A stretch of DNA of 63,974 nucleotides, filler included, from an uncultured Myxococcia bacterium (GTDB taxonomy: Bacteria; CAZTWC01): assembly GCA_964617105.1 (NCBI GenBank). It is 18 parts of 18 records of this genome, joined end to end, with 100 filler letters (N's around TTAATTAATTAA, not from the genome) between each part and the next. Parts side by side here need not be neighbours in the genome. Positions count along the whole stretch, not along the records: positions 51,709 to 55,124 come from CAZTWC010000361.1; positions 55,225 to 58,612 come from CAZTWC010000362.1; positions 58,713 to 62,027 come from CAZTWC010000363.1; 15 more parts are not named here. One strand, 5' to 3'. The notes beneath the pieces were generated by a model. It did no database searches. It saw only the letters and a list, made by a program, of their open reading frames with translations, and was not told where the DNA came from. Made by a program: the position numbers and the translations under genes. This document shows positions 52,134 to 62,027 of this stretch, piece by piece; position 1 is the stretch's first letter; every line of letters begins with the position of its first letter.

Positions 52134-53174
52134 ATGGAGGCAAAAAAAAGTTGGTTATTGCTTCTTTGTATAATGATAATGGCTATGGTCTTTTTGCACT
52201 GTGGTGTTTCTGTGGATAGTATTGGTGGAGAGAACCGGCCGGAAGAGTGCGGGGATGGCGAGGATAATGATGGCGATGGCTTGATCGACTGTCTGGATTT
52301 TGGCTGCGACTATTTGACCATATGTGGAGGAGAAGATGAAGGGGCAGTCGATGGTGATGGTGGTCATTTGGGCGAGCATGATGGAGAGAATCAAGTTGAT
52401 GGTGAGGTGATAGACCATACCAAAGATGGTGGGGAGATGGTGGATAATCCCGAATCGGATACTGACCAGATGGAAGATGATTTTGAGTATGAACAAAATA
52501 GCGGCGGAGATGACCGGGATGGCGGCTCATCCTCAGAGGAGATTATGGTTGATGGTGGGAGCCCGGAGGATTCAGATCAATGCACCGATAAGTGTAAAAG
52601 CGGTGAGAGTATTTGTCAGGGCAATGGATATTTGATCTGTCAAAAAAATAATGGTTGTTACGGCTGGAGCACAACGGTAAAGTTGTGTGGCAAGTCTCAG
52701 TATTGCCAGGAGGGTAAATGTGTCTGTCAAAACCAGTGCGAAAGCGATGGTAATATGGCTTGCAAAGACGCTTACAGTTTCTATAAATGTATTGTAGATG
52801 GACATGGGTGTATGGTTTATAGCTCGTCCCAGGCTTGTTCTGATGATGATGAATGCAGTAATGGAGTATGCCACGAGGACTGTAAAAATGAATGTTATCG
52901 TTTTAGGAGCCGTTGCAACGGCGATGGGATTCAAAACTGCGAGAAGAGAAAATCGGGCTGTTGGGGGTGGAGTGAAACCAAATTGTGCGCCCTGGGAATG
53001 ACTTGTCGTAAGACCAAGTGCTCATGTGATGATACCTGCTTAGATCGAAACCAGACTGAGTGCTATGGCGATGGCTTTCGAAGATGCGAGACCGATAAAC
53101 ACTGGTGCCGGCACTGGGGAGAAATTAACCCTTGTCCAGAGGGTACTGAATGTCAAGGCGGTAAGTGCCGGTAG
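52134..53174 (+). CDS. Cysteine-rich lipoprotein with acidic linker (myxobacterial-type surface protein)
   Basis: Lipobox-like FLHC, motif ECGDGEDNDGDGLIDCLDFGC, and four ~50-aa Cys-rich repeats (C...C.G.G...C....GC..W.....C......C..G.C). Confidence 0.8.
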   Translation: MEAKKSWLLLLCIMIMAMVFLHCGVSVDSIGGENRPEECGDGEDNDGDGLIDCLDFGCDYLTICGGEDEGAVDGDGGHLGEHDGENQVDGEVIDHTKDGGEMVDNPESDTDQMEDDFEYEQNSGGDDRDGGSSSEEIMVDGGSPEDSDQCTDKCKSGESICQGNGYLICQKNNGCYGWSTTVKLCGKSQYCQEGKCVCQNQCESDGNMACKDAYSFYKCIVDGHGCMVYSSSQACSDDDECSNGVCHEDCKNECYRFRSRCNGDGIQNCEKRKSGCWGWSETKLCALGMTCRKTKCSCDDTCLDRNQTECYGDGFRRCETDKHWCRHWGEINPCPEGTECQGGKCR

Positions 53175-53348
53175 TGGAAGATGTTGAAATTCATACTTGA
53201 TGACCAGGCAAATTTTATTTGTTTTTTTAGGTCTTGGTTAGGTTTAAAATCAAATAATTATTGATTTTTCAAAGCGAATTAGGTAATTATTACCTCTACA
53301 ATAGAACAAACAGGCTTTTCGACAACATTAAACATAAGGGTTGATTTA

Positions 53349-55040
53349 ATGGATAATCAAACTAAAATTGTGGTTATTGGCGCTTCAGCCGCAGGGATGA
53401 AAGCGGCTGCCCGGGCAAAAAGACTGATGCCGGAGGCTGATATCGAAGTTTACGAACAGGCAGATGTTTTTAGTTATGGAGCCTGTGGACTGCCATACTA
53501 TCTGTCTAATGATATCAATGATGGCGATGCATTGAGGGTGACTCAGTGGGGAACTTTGAAAGACCAAGAGTTTTTTCTAGGCGCCAAGGGATTAAATGTA
53601 TTTGCCCGGCACCGGGTAGAAAATATTGATCCAGACAACAAAATAGTAGAAGTGCTGGATCTGGAACAGGAAAAGGTTAAAAAAGTTACCTACGATAAAT
53701 TGGTATTAGCCACTGGTTCCCAGTCGCTAATTATTGAACAGATGCCCACTGACAGCAAGCGGGTGTCAACTTTTAAGACTCTGGCAGATGCTCGTAAGTG
53801 GCGCCGGGAGTTGGAAGCCAATAATGTAGATGCAGTGACCATTATTGGTGGGGGATTTATCGGTATGGAGTTGGCAGAGGCTTTTACCGCCATGTGGGGA
53901 TGCCAGGTAAAAATTATCGAATTATGTGAACATCTTTTGCCCCATTCCATTGATGATGAGATCGCCCGTATTGTAGAAAACCATCTACAGAAGCAGGGCG
54001 TAGAGATCTACAAGAACTGTGAAGTACATTCAATAACTGACACCGGGCAAGAAGTAGAGATCGAAACCACCTCAGGTAAGATAACTTGTTCTCATGTAGT
54101 ATGTGCTCTTGGGACCAGGCCCAATATTACCCTGGCCCAGAAGGCAGGCATTGAGATCGGCCATACTGGCGCCATTAAGGTAAACCAACTTTTACAAACC
54201 AATCACAAGGATATTTATGCTGCTGGCGACTGCATAGAAATTGAACACGCTATAGGCTTCAAAGTGCATCTACCGTTGGGATCAATGGCTAACCGCCAGG
54301 GTAGAGTGGTGGGGGACAATTTGGCTGGCCGCAAGAGCAGGTTTCAGAAAGTGGCAGGTTCATGTTGCCTGAAGGTTTTTGATATGACAGTGAGTTTTTG
54401 TGGCGTCAGTAAAGATTTTGCCAAAAGTGCTGGTCTCGACTATAGCGAAATTTGGATTAGTTACACCGACAAGGCTCACTATTATCCCGAAAGTGAAAAG
54501 GTTTTTGCCAAAATGATCTACACTAAGAGTGACGGCAAACTTTTAGGTTTTCAGGCCGTGGGTAAAGATGATAGCGTAGTGAAGAGTGTTGATGTTTTTG
54601 GCAACCTGGTAAAATTTAACAACAGTATCCAAAGGCTATTGAACCTGGAGTTTGCTTATGCTCCTCCCTATGCTTCGCCCCTGGATATTCTTTATGTTAT
54701 GGGCGCCGCTGCCATAAACCAGGAGTTAGATGAAATTAATAGTGTCAATCCCCTTAGTTCCCTTGAGGGTTATACCGTTGTTGACGTCCGTACTCCCAGT
54801 GAGGTCAAAGATTTTGCCCTGGAGGCCGAAGGGGTGATAACTATCCCCTTTGATCAGATTCATCAGCGGGTCCAAGAAATTCCCCTTCACAATCCGGTGT
54901 TGGTGGTTTGCGCCCGGGGCACCCGGTCTGCTGAAGTGGTAAGACTGCTGAAAAACAGGGGAAATAACAATTGCTGCTATTTAGGCGGTGGTATACAGAT
55001 GCGGCAGGCAGGGGATCTGTTGGGTCCAGGCCACGTTTAA
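53349..55040 (+). CDS. CoA-disulfide/persulfide reductase with C-terminal rhodanese domain (CDR-RHD/Npsr type)
   Basis: IGASAAG, redox SYGACGLPY, GGGFIGME, YAAGDC, YAPPY and rhodanese VDVRT...VVCARGTRS. Confidence 0.88.
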   Translation: MDNQTKIVVIGASAAGMKAAARAKRLMPEADIEVYEQADVFSYGACGLPYYLSNDINDGDALRVTQWGTLKDQEFFLGAKGLNVFARHRVENIDPDNKIVEVLDLEQEKVKKVTYDKLVLATGSQSLIIEQMPTDSKRVSTFKTLADARKWRRELEANNVDAVTIIGGGFIGMELAEAFTAMWGCQVKIIELCEHLLPHSIDDEIARIVENHLQKQGVEIYKNCEVHSITDTGQEVEIETTSGKITCSHVVCALGTRPNITLAQKAGIEIGHTGAIKVNQLLQTNHKDIYAAGDCIEIEHAIGFKVHLPLGSMANRQGRVVGDNLAGRKSRFQKVAGSCCLKVFDMTVSFCGVSKDFAKSAGLDYSEIWISYTDKAHYYPESEKVFAKMIYTKSDGKLLGFQAVGKDDSVVKSVDVFGNLVKFNNSIQRLLNLEFAYAPPYASPLDILYVMGAAAINQELDEINSVNPLSSLEGYTVVDVRTPSEVKDFALEAEGVITIPFDQIHQRVQEIPLHNPVLVVCARGTRSAEVVRLLKNRGNNNCCYLGGGIQMRQAGDLLGPGHV

Positions 55041-55079
55041 AAGGCTTTGATTCTGAGTAATGACATTTTAGAATCAGTT

Positions 55080-55123
55080 GAGCCAATCGACATGTCCAGG
55101 ATCCCAAGAGTAATCAATAGTTG
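55080..55123 (+). repeat. 44-bp repeat, copy 2 (probable mobile element end at contig terminus)
   Basis: Identical to the reverse complement of 19275-19318. Confidence 0.85.
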
Positions 55124-55939
55124 CNNNNNNNNNNNNNNNNNNNNNNNNNNNNNNNNNNNNNNNNNNNNTTAATTAATTAANNNNNNNNNNNNNNNNNNNN
55201 NNNNNNNNNNNNNNNNNNNNNNNNTGCTAAAAATATTAAGGACTAAAGATATTCTAACTGTCGATTACGGTCATAGGTTGATATGGTTCATTCCAATTTT
55301 TCCTTGTGCCTGGAGCGTCTCCAAATTTTCGCGACCAATTTTATTCTCAGACGAGAACTGTTATTTCTTAAAATTCGACCTGTTATTAATTGTATGAAAA
55401 TATTGTGCCAACTTACTTGATTATAAATTATTTTTTTACGATAAATTCAAAATTAAATTGTGCAAATGGGGCAGGAACTCTTTTTAGCCTTTCATATAGC
55501 CGGATTGGTAGATGCAGACCAATAGTTAACCATTTTTTGTTTATTAAATCACTGAATGTATAGAAACTGGCCCGAACAGGCCGAAACCAGGCATCATAAA
55601 GACTATGAATTGAAAAAAAACCAATGTTATCAATGCTGTTAGGCATTTTTTGCCTACTTCCTTCCCCAAGGATGCATTTTTTATATTTTTAACAAGAATA
55701 AAGGAGAATTTAGAGACTGTCAACTAAAAAACATTCACTGACTAAATATTGACAGGGAGGAAACTATCCTAGTTTTCGGAAGGGAACTGCTATCATAGTG
55801 TCAGTTGCTAAAGTTTTAATGTGTTAATCCAAATCTGAAACTCTGATTTTAGTTGCTCCCAGTTAAGATCTTGAACAGTTTTAATTGAAGGCTCTTTTCT
55901 GCGTCATCTCAATAGACTTTAGAATGTCAATGAATCCCT

Positions 55940-56422
55940 TTAGATCTCTAGAATGTCTTTGCCTGGTTGTGCATCTTTTGCATATTTGGTTAATAGTTTA
56001 TCCAGTTGATTCGCAAAAGAGTTCCGATCTTTTTGGCTTAGAGCTGGCGTTCCACCAGTATCAATCCCGCTGGCTCGTAAAGTATCCATAAAATCTCTCA
56101 TATTTAAACGAGCTCGGATAGTGTCAACTGAATAAAGTTCACCACGAGGATTGAGGGCATGCCCCCCCTTTTCAACCACCTCGGCCGCCAGCGGAATATC
56201 ACTGGTGATCACAAGATCGCCAGCACTAAGTTTTTTAACTATCTCATGGTCAGCCACATCAAAACCTGATGAAACTTGAAGCAATCTAATGAAGTGCGAC
56301 GATGGTATGCGCATATACTTATTAGCCACCAGGGTTAGTTTTACCCTGGTACGCTCTGCCGCTCTAAACAAAATTTCTTTGATCACCACCGGGCATGCAT
56401 CTGCATCTACCCATATTTTCAT
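55940..56422 (-). CDS. YaiI/YqxD family protein (UPF0178/DUF188)
   Basis: Motifs [29 protein letters not shown] and NPRGELY. Confidence 0.93.
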   Translation of the reverse strand: MKIWVDADACPVVIKEILFRAAERTRVKLTLVANKYMRIPSSHFIRLLQVSSGFDVADHEIVKKLSAGDLVITSDIPLAAEVVEKGGHALNPRGELYSVDTIRARLNMRDFMDTLRASGIDTGGTPALSQKDRNSFANQLDKLLTKYAKDAQPGKDILEI

Positions 56423-56576
56423 TTTGTACCTTTCTGTTGAATGCAAAACATTAACCGCGCACACAACGCAGGTCCACGTACCATAACTTTGCCAATTATC
56501 AATTCAGCATGTTGCTGGGTATCTATTTCATTAATATTATATTCCCAGAATAGAGAATGCAATTTGGCAGGAATTC

Positions 56577-57500
56577 TCATGATAATTTTTTCTCTACCGC
56601 AGCGGCAATATCCTGGGCGGTAAGGCCGTATTTACGGGCTAAATCATCTGGTTCGCCCGATTCACCGAAACAATCTTTGATGCCAACCATGGCCATATTA
56701 CAGGGATGATTAAGGGCCAGAACTTCGGCTACTGCGCTACCTAATCCGCCGATAATATTGTGATCCTCGGCCGTAACCACCAGGCCGGTTTTTTGGGCGG
56801 AGTCTACAATAATATCCTGGTCAAGGGGTTTTATGGAGGAGATATTAACCACCCGGGCAGAGATCCCCAGTTTCTTTAAAATACCCGCAGCCTTAAGGGC
56901 CCGGTGTACCATTACCCCCACCGCCATGATGCTGACATCTTCTCCTTCCGCCAAAATTTGACTCTTTCCAAAGGAGAAAGGGACATCTTTTTCCATGAAA
57001 GTAGGTAAAGGGCTGCGGCCGGTACGGAGATAAACCGGTCCCTGAGTATCCAGGATCACCGGTAAAACGGCCTTTAGTTCATTGGGGTCTGCTGGTGCGG
57101 CTACTTTGAAATTGGGGATGGCCCGGACAATAGCCATATCCTCCAGCGACTGGTGGGTAGCCCCATCCGGTCCAACGTCGAGACCCAGATGGCTGGCCAC
57201 GATTTTAACATTGAACTCCGGGTAGGCGATCGAATTACGAGCCTGTTCGATTGCCCTCAGTGAGGCAAAAACAGCATAGCAGGTCACCACCGGAATTACT
57301 CCGGTGGTGGACAGACCAGCAGCCATGGAAACCATGTTCTGCTCAGCGATTCCACACTGGATAAACCTCTCTGGAAAAGTTTCTCTAAAATGGTAAGTGC
57401 CGGTTCCACCAGCCACATCTGCGTCCAGCACCACAAAGTCATCCCGCATCCTGCCCAATTCAACCAAGGTTTTTCCAAAGGCATCGCGCATGTTGTCCAT
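56577..57500 (-). CDS. Transketolase C-terminal subunit
   Basis: Motifs RDAFG, LDADV, GIAEQNM, GPDGATHQ, YLRTGR and EDHNIIGGLGSAVAE; start after AGGAG. Confidence 0.93.
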   Translation of the reverse strand: MDNMRDAFGKTLVELGRMRDDFVVLDADVAGGTGTYHFRETFPERFIQCGIAEQNMVSMAAGLSTTGVIPVVTCYAVFASLRAIEQARNSIAYPEFNVKIVASHLGLDVGPDGATHQSLEDMAIVRAIPNFKVAAPADPNELKAVLPVILDTQGPVYLRTGRSPLPTFMEKDVPFSFGKSQILAEGEDVSIMAVGVMVHRALKAAGILKKLGISARVVNISSIKPLDQDIIVDSAQKTGLVVTAEDHNIIGGLGSAVAEVLALNHPCNMAMVGIKDCFGESGEPDDLARKYGLTAQDIAAAVEKKLS

Positions 57501-57576
57501 AATTTTATTCTCTCCTAAGTGCCCGTCCGCTCCCTCCTGCAAAAAGTTAAATTTGGAGAAGCACCAGTTGGATGTA

Positions 57577-57870
57577 TCAGGCAGCAGTTTGAGTTAATGG
57601 CTTAATGTTAGACAAATCTTTATTCTGTCTTGCTTTCCATAGATCATATTGCTGTTGTAAATTCATCCAATACTCTGGAGTAGTATCAAATGCTTTAGAG
57701 AGTCGAATCGCCATTTCTGGACTTATACCAGAATGGCCATTTAATAAAGAAGAGAATGTCTTGCGAGCAACGTGTAAAACCTGTGCTGTTTTGGTTACGC
57801 TTATCCCTAATTGCTCCAAGTATAGTTCACGTAAAATATTTCCTGGATGAGGCGGATTGAACATTTTCAT
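57577..57870 (-). CDS. higA: HigA family antitoxin (Xre-HTH)
   Basis: [10 protein letters not shown]...[29 protein letters not shown]. Confidence 0.94.
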   Translation of the reverse strand: MKMFNPPHPGNILRELYLEQLGISVTKTAQVLHVARKTFSSLLNGHSGISPEMAIRLSKAFDTTPEYWMNLQQQYDLWKARQNKDLSNIKPLTQTAA

Positions 57871-57885
57871 AATACATATCTCCTT

Positions 57886-58164
57886 TTAGTGATAATCCAG
57901 GTAGTTCACATTATAAGCATCTCCAGATTCAAACCGAAATATTAATCGCCAATTTCCACTTACTGTAACTGACCAGAAATCTTTTTTATCACCGTGCAAT
58001 TGATGCAATCCAGAACCGGGAAAATTCATATCTCGTATATCAACAGCTGCATTTAGATTTGCCAAAATAAGGTTTAGTTTTATTGCATGAGTTGGCTGAA
58101 TACCGGATTTACTACCTGTTTGATAAAACTTTTCCAATCCTTTATGAATAAATGATTTTATCAT
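57886..58164 (-). CDS. higB: HigB family (RelE-like) toxin
   Basis: MIKSFIHKGLEKFYQTG...LHQLHGD...WSVTVSGNWRLIFRF...YLDYH. Confidence 0.94.
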   Translation of the reverse strand: MIKSFIHKGLEKFYQTGSKSGIQPTHAIKLNLILANLNAAVDIRDMNFPGSGLHQLHGDKKDFWSVTVSGNWRLIFRFESGDAYNVNYLDYH

Positions 58165-58171
58165 ATGGTTA

Positions 58172-58200
58172 ATTGTAACCTGTTACGTATCACAGGTCAA
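58172..58200 (-). promoter_or_regulatory. higBA promoter TTGACC-N17-TACAAT with overlapping inverted-repeat operator
   Basis: Minus-strand -35 at 58200-58195 and -10 at 58177-58172; inverted repeat ACCTGT-N8-ACAGGT at 58178-58197. Confidence 0.75.
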
Positions 58201-58221
58201 GTCAATTAATGGTTTTAGGTA

Positions 58222-58612
58222 TTATCTATTTAACTGTTCTATTTGTTCACTGCACTCTTGAAAGGCTTTCTCCCTATCTTTTCCTTGGGGAGCCAGACTG
58301 CCGTGCCACTTCGGGTTGTTTTCCATAAAGGATATACCCTTCCCTTTTATGGTATTAGCCAAAATTATAGTTGGTTTTCCTTTAGACTTTCGGGCCTGTT
58401 CCAGGGCATCTTCAATTTGATTAAAATCGTGTCCATCAATCTCCAGACTAAACCAGCCAAAGGATTTGAATTTATCCATCAATGGTTCCAAAGAGGTTAC
58501 ATTGGAGTTTAGATCATCGCTCTGGTACTTGTTGTAATCCACCAGGGCAACCAGGTTGTCCAATTTATAAAAGGCGCCAAACATCATCCCTTCCCAAATC
58601 TGTCCCTCGTTT
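58222..58612 (-). CDS. Transketolase N-terminal (ThDP-binding) subunit, 5' truncated
   Basis: NEGQIWEG, VDYNKYQSD, IDGHD and TIKGKGISFMENNPKWHG. Confidence 0.92.
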
Positions 58613-58712
58613 NNNNNNNNNNNNNNNNNNNNNNNNNNNNNNNNNNNNNNNNNNNNTTAATTAATTAANNNNNNNNNNNNNNNNNNNNNNNNNNNNNNNN
58701 NNNNNNNNNNNN

Positions 58713-60782
58713 GCTCAAAAGCAGGCCCAACAGGCTCAAAATGAGGCGGAGATTGCCCGCAATATTGCCCTGGATGCAAAAAATGAAGCTGAAGAGGCCC
58801 ATAATAAACTCCAGGAGATGGACCAGATCAAGACTGCTTTTTTTCAAAATATCACTCATGAATTTAGAACTCCTTTGACCCTGATCATTGGACCTTTGGA
58901 ATCAACCATTGGCAGCCGGGCAAAACTTTTGGGCAAAATATCACCATTGCTGAGAGAGCAGCACCAGGTTATGCTCAGAAATGCCAAGCGGCTGTTGCGG
59001 CTGATAAACCAACTTTTGGATTTGGCCAAACTGGATGCCGGCAAAATGAAACTAAATGCCCGGCCTATTGATTTGAAAGAGATACTCGGTAATATTACTG
59101 CTGCCTTTAGTTCCCTGGCTGAAAAAAGGGAGATCGAATTTTTGTTTAAACCAGATGGGCAGCCTCCCAAAAATACTGGGCTTTACGCTGATCCGGAAAA
59201 ATTGGAAAAAGTGTTTTTCAACTTGCTCTCCAATGCCTTTAAATTTACCCTTTCAGGAGGACAGATCAAAGTGGAGATGGCTGCTGGAGAAAAAGAGGTG
59301 GAAATCAAAATCAGCGACACTGGCCAGGGGATCCCCAAGCAGCAACTACCCCATATTTTTGAACGTTTCCGCCAGGTGGACGGATCCACCACCAGGATGC
59401 AGGAGGGTACAGGCATAGGATTATCCCTGGTAAAGGATTATATAGATCTGCACCATGGCAAAGTAGAAGTTGCCAGTAAGGTCCATCAGGGCACCTGTTT
59501 TACCATCTTTTTACCTCTGGGAAAGGAACATTTATCTTCCGAAGAGATAACTGAGGTTCCCTATGGCAGCCAGACCCCCTACCAAGCAGGCCTTTTGGAG
59601 GACCGGCGCCAGGGCGAAAAAGAGCACACTATTGACCAGATGCACAATTTACCCGGAGTATTGGAAGAAGACCGGTTTGCCCAGCCCCGCCGGTTGGATG
59701 ATCGGAGAACTTTGAACCCGGGTGATTTGGAAACCGCCACTCTAGAGGGGGTGGATTCTGATCAATCAGAGGAGATAGAAACCTCGCCAATAAGCAGTGA
59801 AAAGATTTTGCTGGTGGAAGACAATCCCGATATGAGGCGCTATATAAAAAGTGTGCTGCAGTCCGATTTTTATTTTTTTGAGGCGGAAAATGGCCTGAAG
59901 GGTCTTGAAAAAGCTAAAGAGATACTGCCCGATTTGGTAATCACCGACCTGATGATGCCCAAAATGGATGGCAATCAACTGCTGACCTCCATGCGTCAAG
60001 ACTCCTCACTGGCCTCAACCCCGGTTATTTTACTCACCGCCAAGGCTGAAGAGGATGTGAAGATAGACGGCCTGGAGGCTGGTGCTGATGATTATCTTTC
60101 CAAACCCTTTAATCCCAGGGAGTTAATGGCCAGGGCCAAAAACCTGTTAAAACTTAAACGAGCCGAAAAAGAGGTAGTTGAAAATGTGCTGAAACGTTAT
60201 CTGCCGCCCGATTTGATCGATAATATAATGACCGGCAAAGTCCAACTAAACCAAGAGATAAAAAATTGCCTCATCACCTTTATGAGTATTGATCTGTATC
60301 AATTTAAAGATATCTCCTCCCGGTACCGGGGGGCTAAAACCGCCCGCCTGCTAAACCTCTACCTGAGCGAGATGACCAGGGTGGTTTTTCAACATGGCGG
60401 CACCATAGATAAATTTGTGGGTGACACTATCATGGTTATGTTTGGCGCTCCTGTGGAGACCACCCCCCAAGAGCAGGCCCAAAAAGCGGCCCAATGTGCT
60501 ATGGAGATGCAAAAGGCCATGGCCAATCTGGATAGTGGTGAGGAAAAGTTGCAACTTAGAGTAGGGATTCATCAGGGAATGGCTATGGTGGGTAATTTTG
60601 GCAGCCAGATACGCCTGGACTACACCGCAGTAGGCCCAACAGTGGATGAATCTCTGCGGATAAAATCGGTCTGCCCTCCGGGCCAGGTGCTAATCTCCGG
60701 TGCGGTCTGCGACTACCTGGATGGCGGCAATTTTAATGACGCAGATCAAGAAGGGTTGTTTAGGTTGTTTCGCAATTCCTAG
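58713..60782 (+). CDS. Hybrid histidine kinase - receiver - class III adenylate/guanylate cyclase fusion, 5' truncated
   Basis: H-box ITHEFRTPLT; N/G boxes NLLSNAFKFT, DTGQGI and GTGIGL; receiver LVEDN...TDLMMP...KPF; cyclase DKFVGD...RVGIHQG...GNFGS..RLDYTAVG. Frame open to the contig edge. Confidence 0.92.
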   Translation, partial: AQKQAQQAQNEAEIARNIALDAKNEAEEAHNKLQEMDQIKTAFFQNITHEFRTPLTLIIGPLESTIGSRAKLLGKISPLLREQHQVMLRNAKRLLRLINQLLDLAKLDAGKMKLNARPIDLKEILGNITAAFSSLAEKREIEFLFKPDGQPPKNTGLYADPEKLEKVFFNLLSNAFKFTLSGGQIKVEMAAGEKEVEIKISDTGQGIPKQQLPHIFERFRQVDGSTTRMQEGTGIGLSLVKDYIDLHHGKVEVASKVHQGTCFTIFLPLGKEHLSSEEITEVPYGSQTPYQAGLLEDRRQGEKEHTIDQMHNLPGVLEEDRFAQPRRLDDRRTLNPGDLETATLEGVDSDQSEEIETSPISSEKILLVEDNPDMRRYIKSVLQSDFYFFEAENGLKGLEKAKEILPDLVITDLMMPKMDGNQLLTSMRQDSSLASTPVILLTAKAEEDVKIDGLEAGADDYLSKPFNPRELMARAKNLLKLKRAEKEVVENVLKRYLPPDLIDNIMTGKVQLNQEIKNCLITFMSIDLYQFKDISSRYRGAKTARLLNLYLSEMTRVVFQHGGTIDKFVGDTIMVMFGAPVETTPQEQAQKAAQCAMEMQKAMANLDSGEEKLQLRVGIHQGMAMVGNFGSQIRLDYTAVGPTVDESLRIKSVCPPGQVLISGAVCDYLDGGNFNDADQEGLFRLFRNS

Positions 60783-60806
60783 CCCCGGCTTTTCAGCAAG
60801 GAACCG

Positions 60807-61139
60807 CTATATCACCTTCAGAATAATAAAGGTTACATCATCGGCTTTTGGCTCGTCACCAAAAAAGTCCGTCACCTCATGCTCCAGAGCCAGTTTTAAC
60901 TCTTCAGCACCTTTTTCATAATTCTCGGTTAGAAATTTTTTCAGCCGCCGTTTTCCATATTCCTCCTGTTCAGTATTGGTGCACTCTATTAAACCGTCAG
61001 TAAACATCAGAATATTATCACCCTTTTCAAATTTGGTTTCTTTGGTCCTGAATTCAGCATTAAGATCATAACCCAGCCGGTTTCCTTTGTTAGTCAGAGA
61101 AGTGACCTTTATTTTGTCGGTTTTAGGGTTTTTATGCAC
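60807..61139 (-). pseudogene. SpoIIE/RsbU-type PP2C phosphatase, C-terminal fragment only
   Basis: GDNILMFTDGLIE...YGKRRL...DDVTFI present; the N-terminal phosphatase motifs are absent and upstream DNA is the CTCCGA repeat tract. Confidence 0.72.
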
Positions 61140-61162
61140 CCGGAGGCGCTCAGTGCTGCATT

Positions 61163-61344
61163 CTCCGAGGAATTTTTTTCAGGGAAACGAATACCTTTCT
61201 CCGACAGAAGCGCCTGAAATCATTAGGTACCTCCGAGGGATTTCTCCGACGTTTCTCCGACAGTTCTCCGATGGTCTCCGAGGATTCCCCGAGAGTCTCC
61301 GAGTAACTAGTTGAAATTATTGAACTCCTCCGACGACTCTCCGA
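61163..61344. repeat. Array of direct CTCCGA hexamer repeats with ~10.5-bp phasing
   Basis: CTCCGA at 61163, 61199, 61231, 61244, 61255, 61266, 61276, 61297, 61328 and 61339, plus CCCCGA at 61287. Confidence 0.88.
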
Positions 61345-61409
61345 GGAGATTTGGCGGGATATAGTGTGAATAGTTTGATGGCGGATAAGGTAGAAATTGG
61401 TTAGCCCGG

Positions 61410-62027
61410 TTAATCCTTCAACTTCTCAGGCCATTTTTGTATTATTCCTTTAGTGATAAAGGGATCTTCATTATACGCACTTAAAACTTTTAACAAATCC
61501 TTGCGAAGAGGGTGAAGGTCTATGATGGCTTGCCGATGTTGTTCGCTATCTATTAGTTCGATAGATTCTAAAAAATTTAACCAGGATGGAATAGACTCAT
61601 AAGTAACGGCAACCCGGTAAGGTTTAGGATACAAAAAATTTAAAAAATCACCGAAAAAATTATCCAGTGTCTTTTTGTCTGGGCATAAAAAATGTTTTGG
61701 CGTAAAGGATTTTTCAACCTTTTTACCCCTTTTCTTTCTACGATTTTTTCGTTTTCTTGCCAATTTGGTGTCAAATTGAGAATTGTCTAATTCCCCTTCC
61801 AAGCGTGCGTGTAGATATCTAAAAATCTGGCAGGAGGCTATATCGCTTTTGGTATAGGTCATATTCTCTTTTTGACGGAGGAAGTATTCAAAATCGATGC
61901 TTAAATAAAAGTAGTTTTTCCAGACATTATCATCTGCGGCAATGTCGTTTTGGTTTCTGCTGCCTCCAGATGCCTTACTGCCAACAGAAATAAAATCATT
62001 CAATTCCCAATTAGGCGGTATTTGTCC
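61410..62027 (-). CDS. Hypothetical protein, 5' truncated
   Basis: About 200-codon ORF open to the contig edge; no family recognised with confidence. Confidence 0.65.
   Translation of the reverse strand, partial: GQIPPNWELNDFISVGSKASGGSRNQNDIAADDNVWKNYFYLSIDFEYFLRQKENMTYTKSDIASCQIFRYLHARLEGELDNSQFDTKLARKRKNRRKKRGKKVEKSFTPKHFLCPDKKTLDNFFGDFLNFLYPKPYRVAVTYESIPSWLNFLESIELIDSEQHRQAIIDLHPLRKDLLKVLSAYNEDPFITKGIIQKWPEKLKD

Noticed and set aside
55428-55646. 72-aa ORF as a real gene
   Set aside because: No recognisable motif in an AT-rich intergenic region; it cannot be supported, though not excluded.
61163-61344. CTCCGA array as a CRISPR array, or as the coding ORF 61087-61314
   Set aside because: The unit is 6 bp with mostly 10-11 bp period, far below repeat-spacer size, and most spacings are not multiples of three, so no peptide repeat results.
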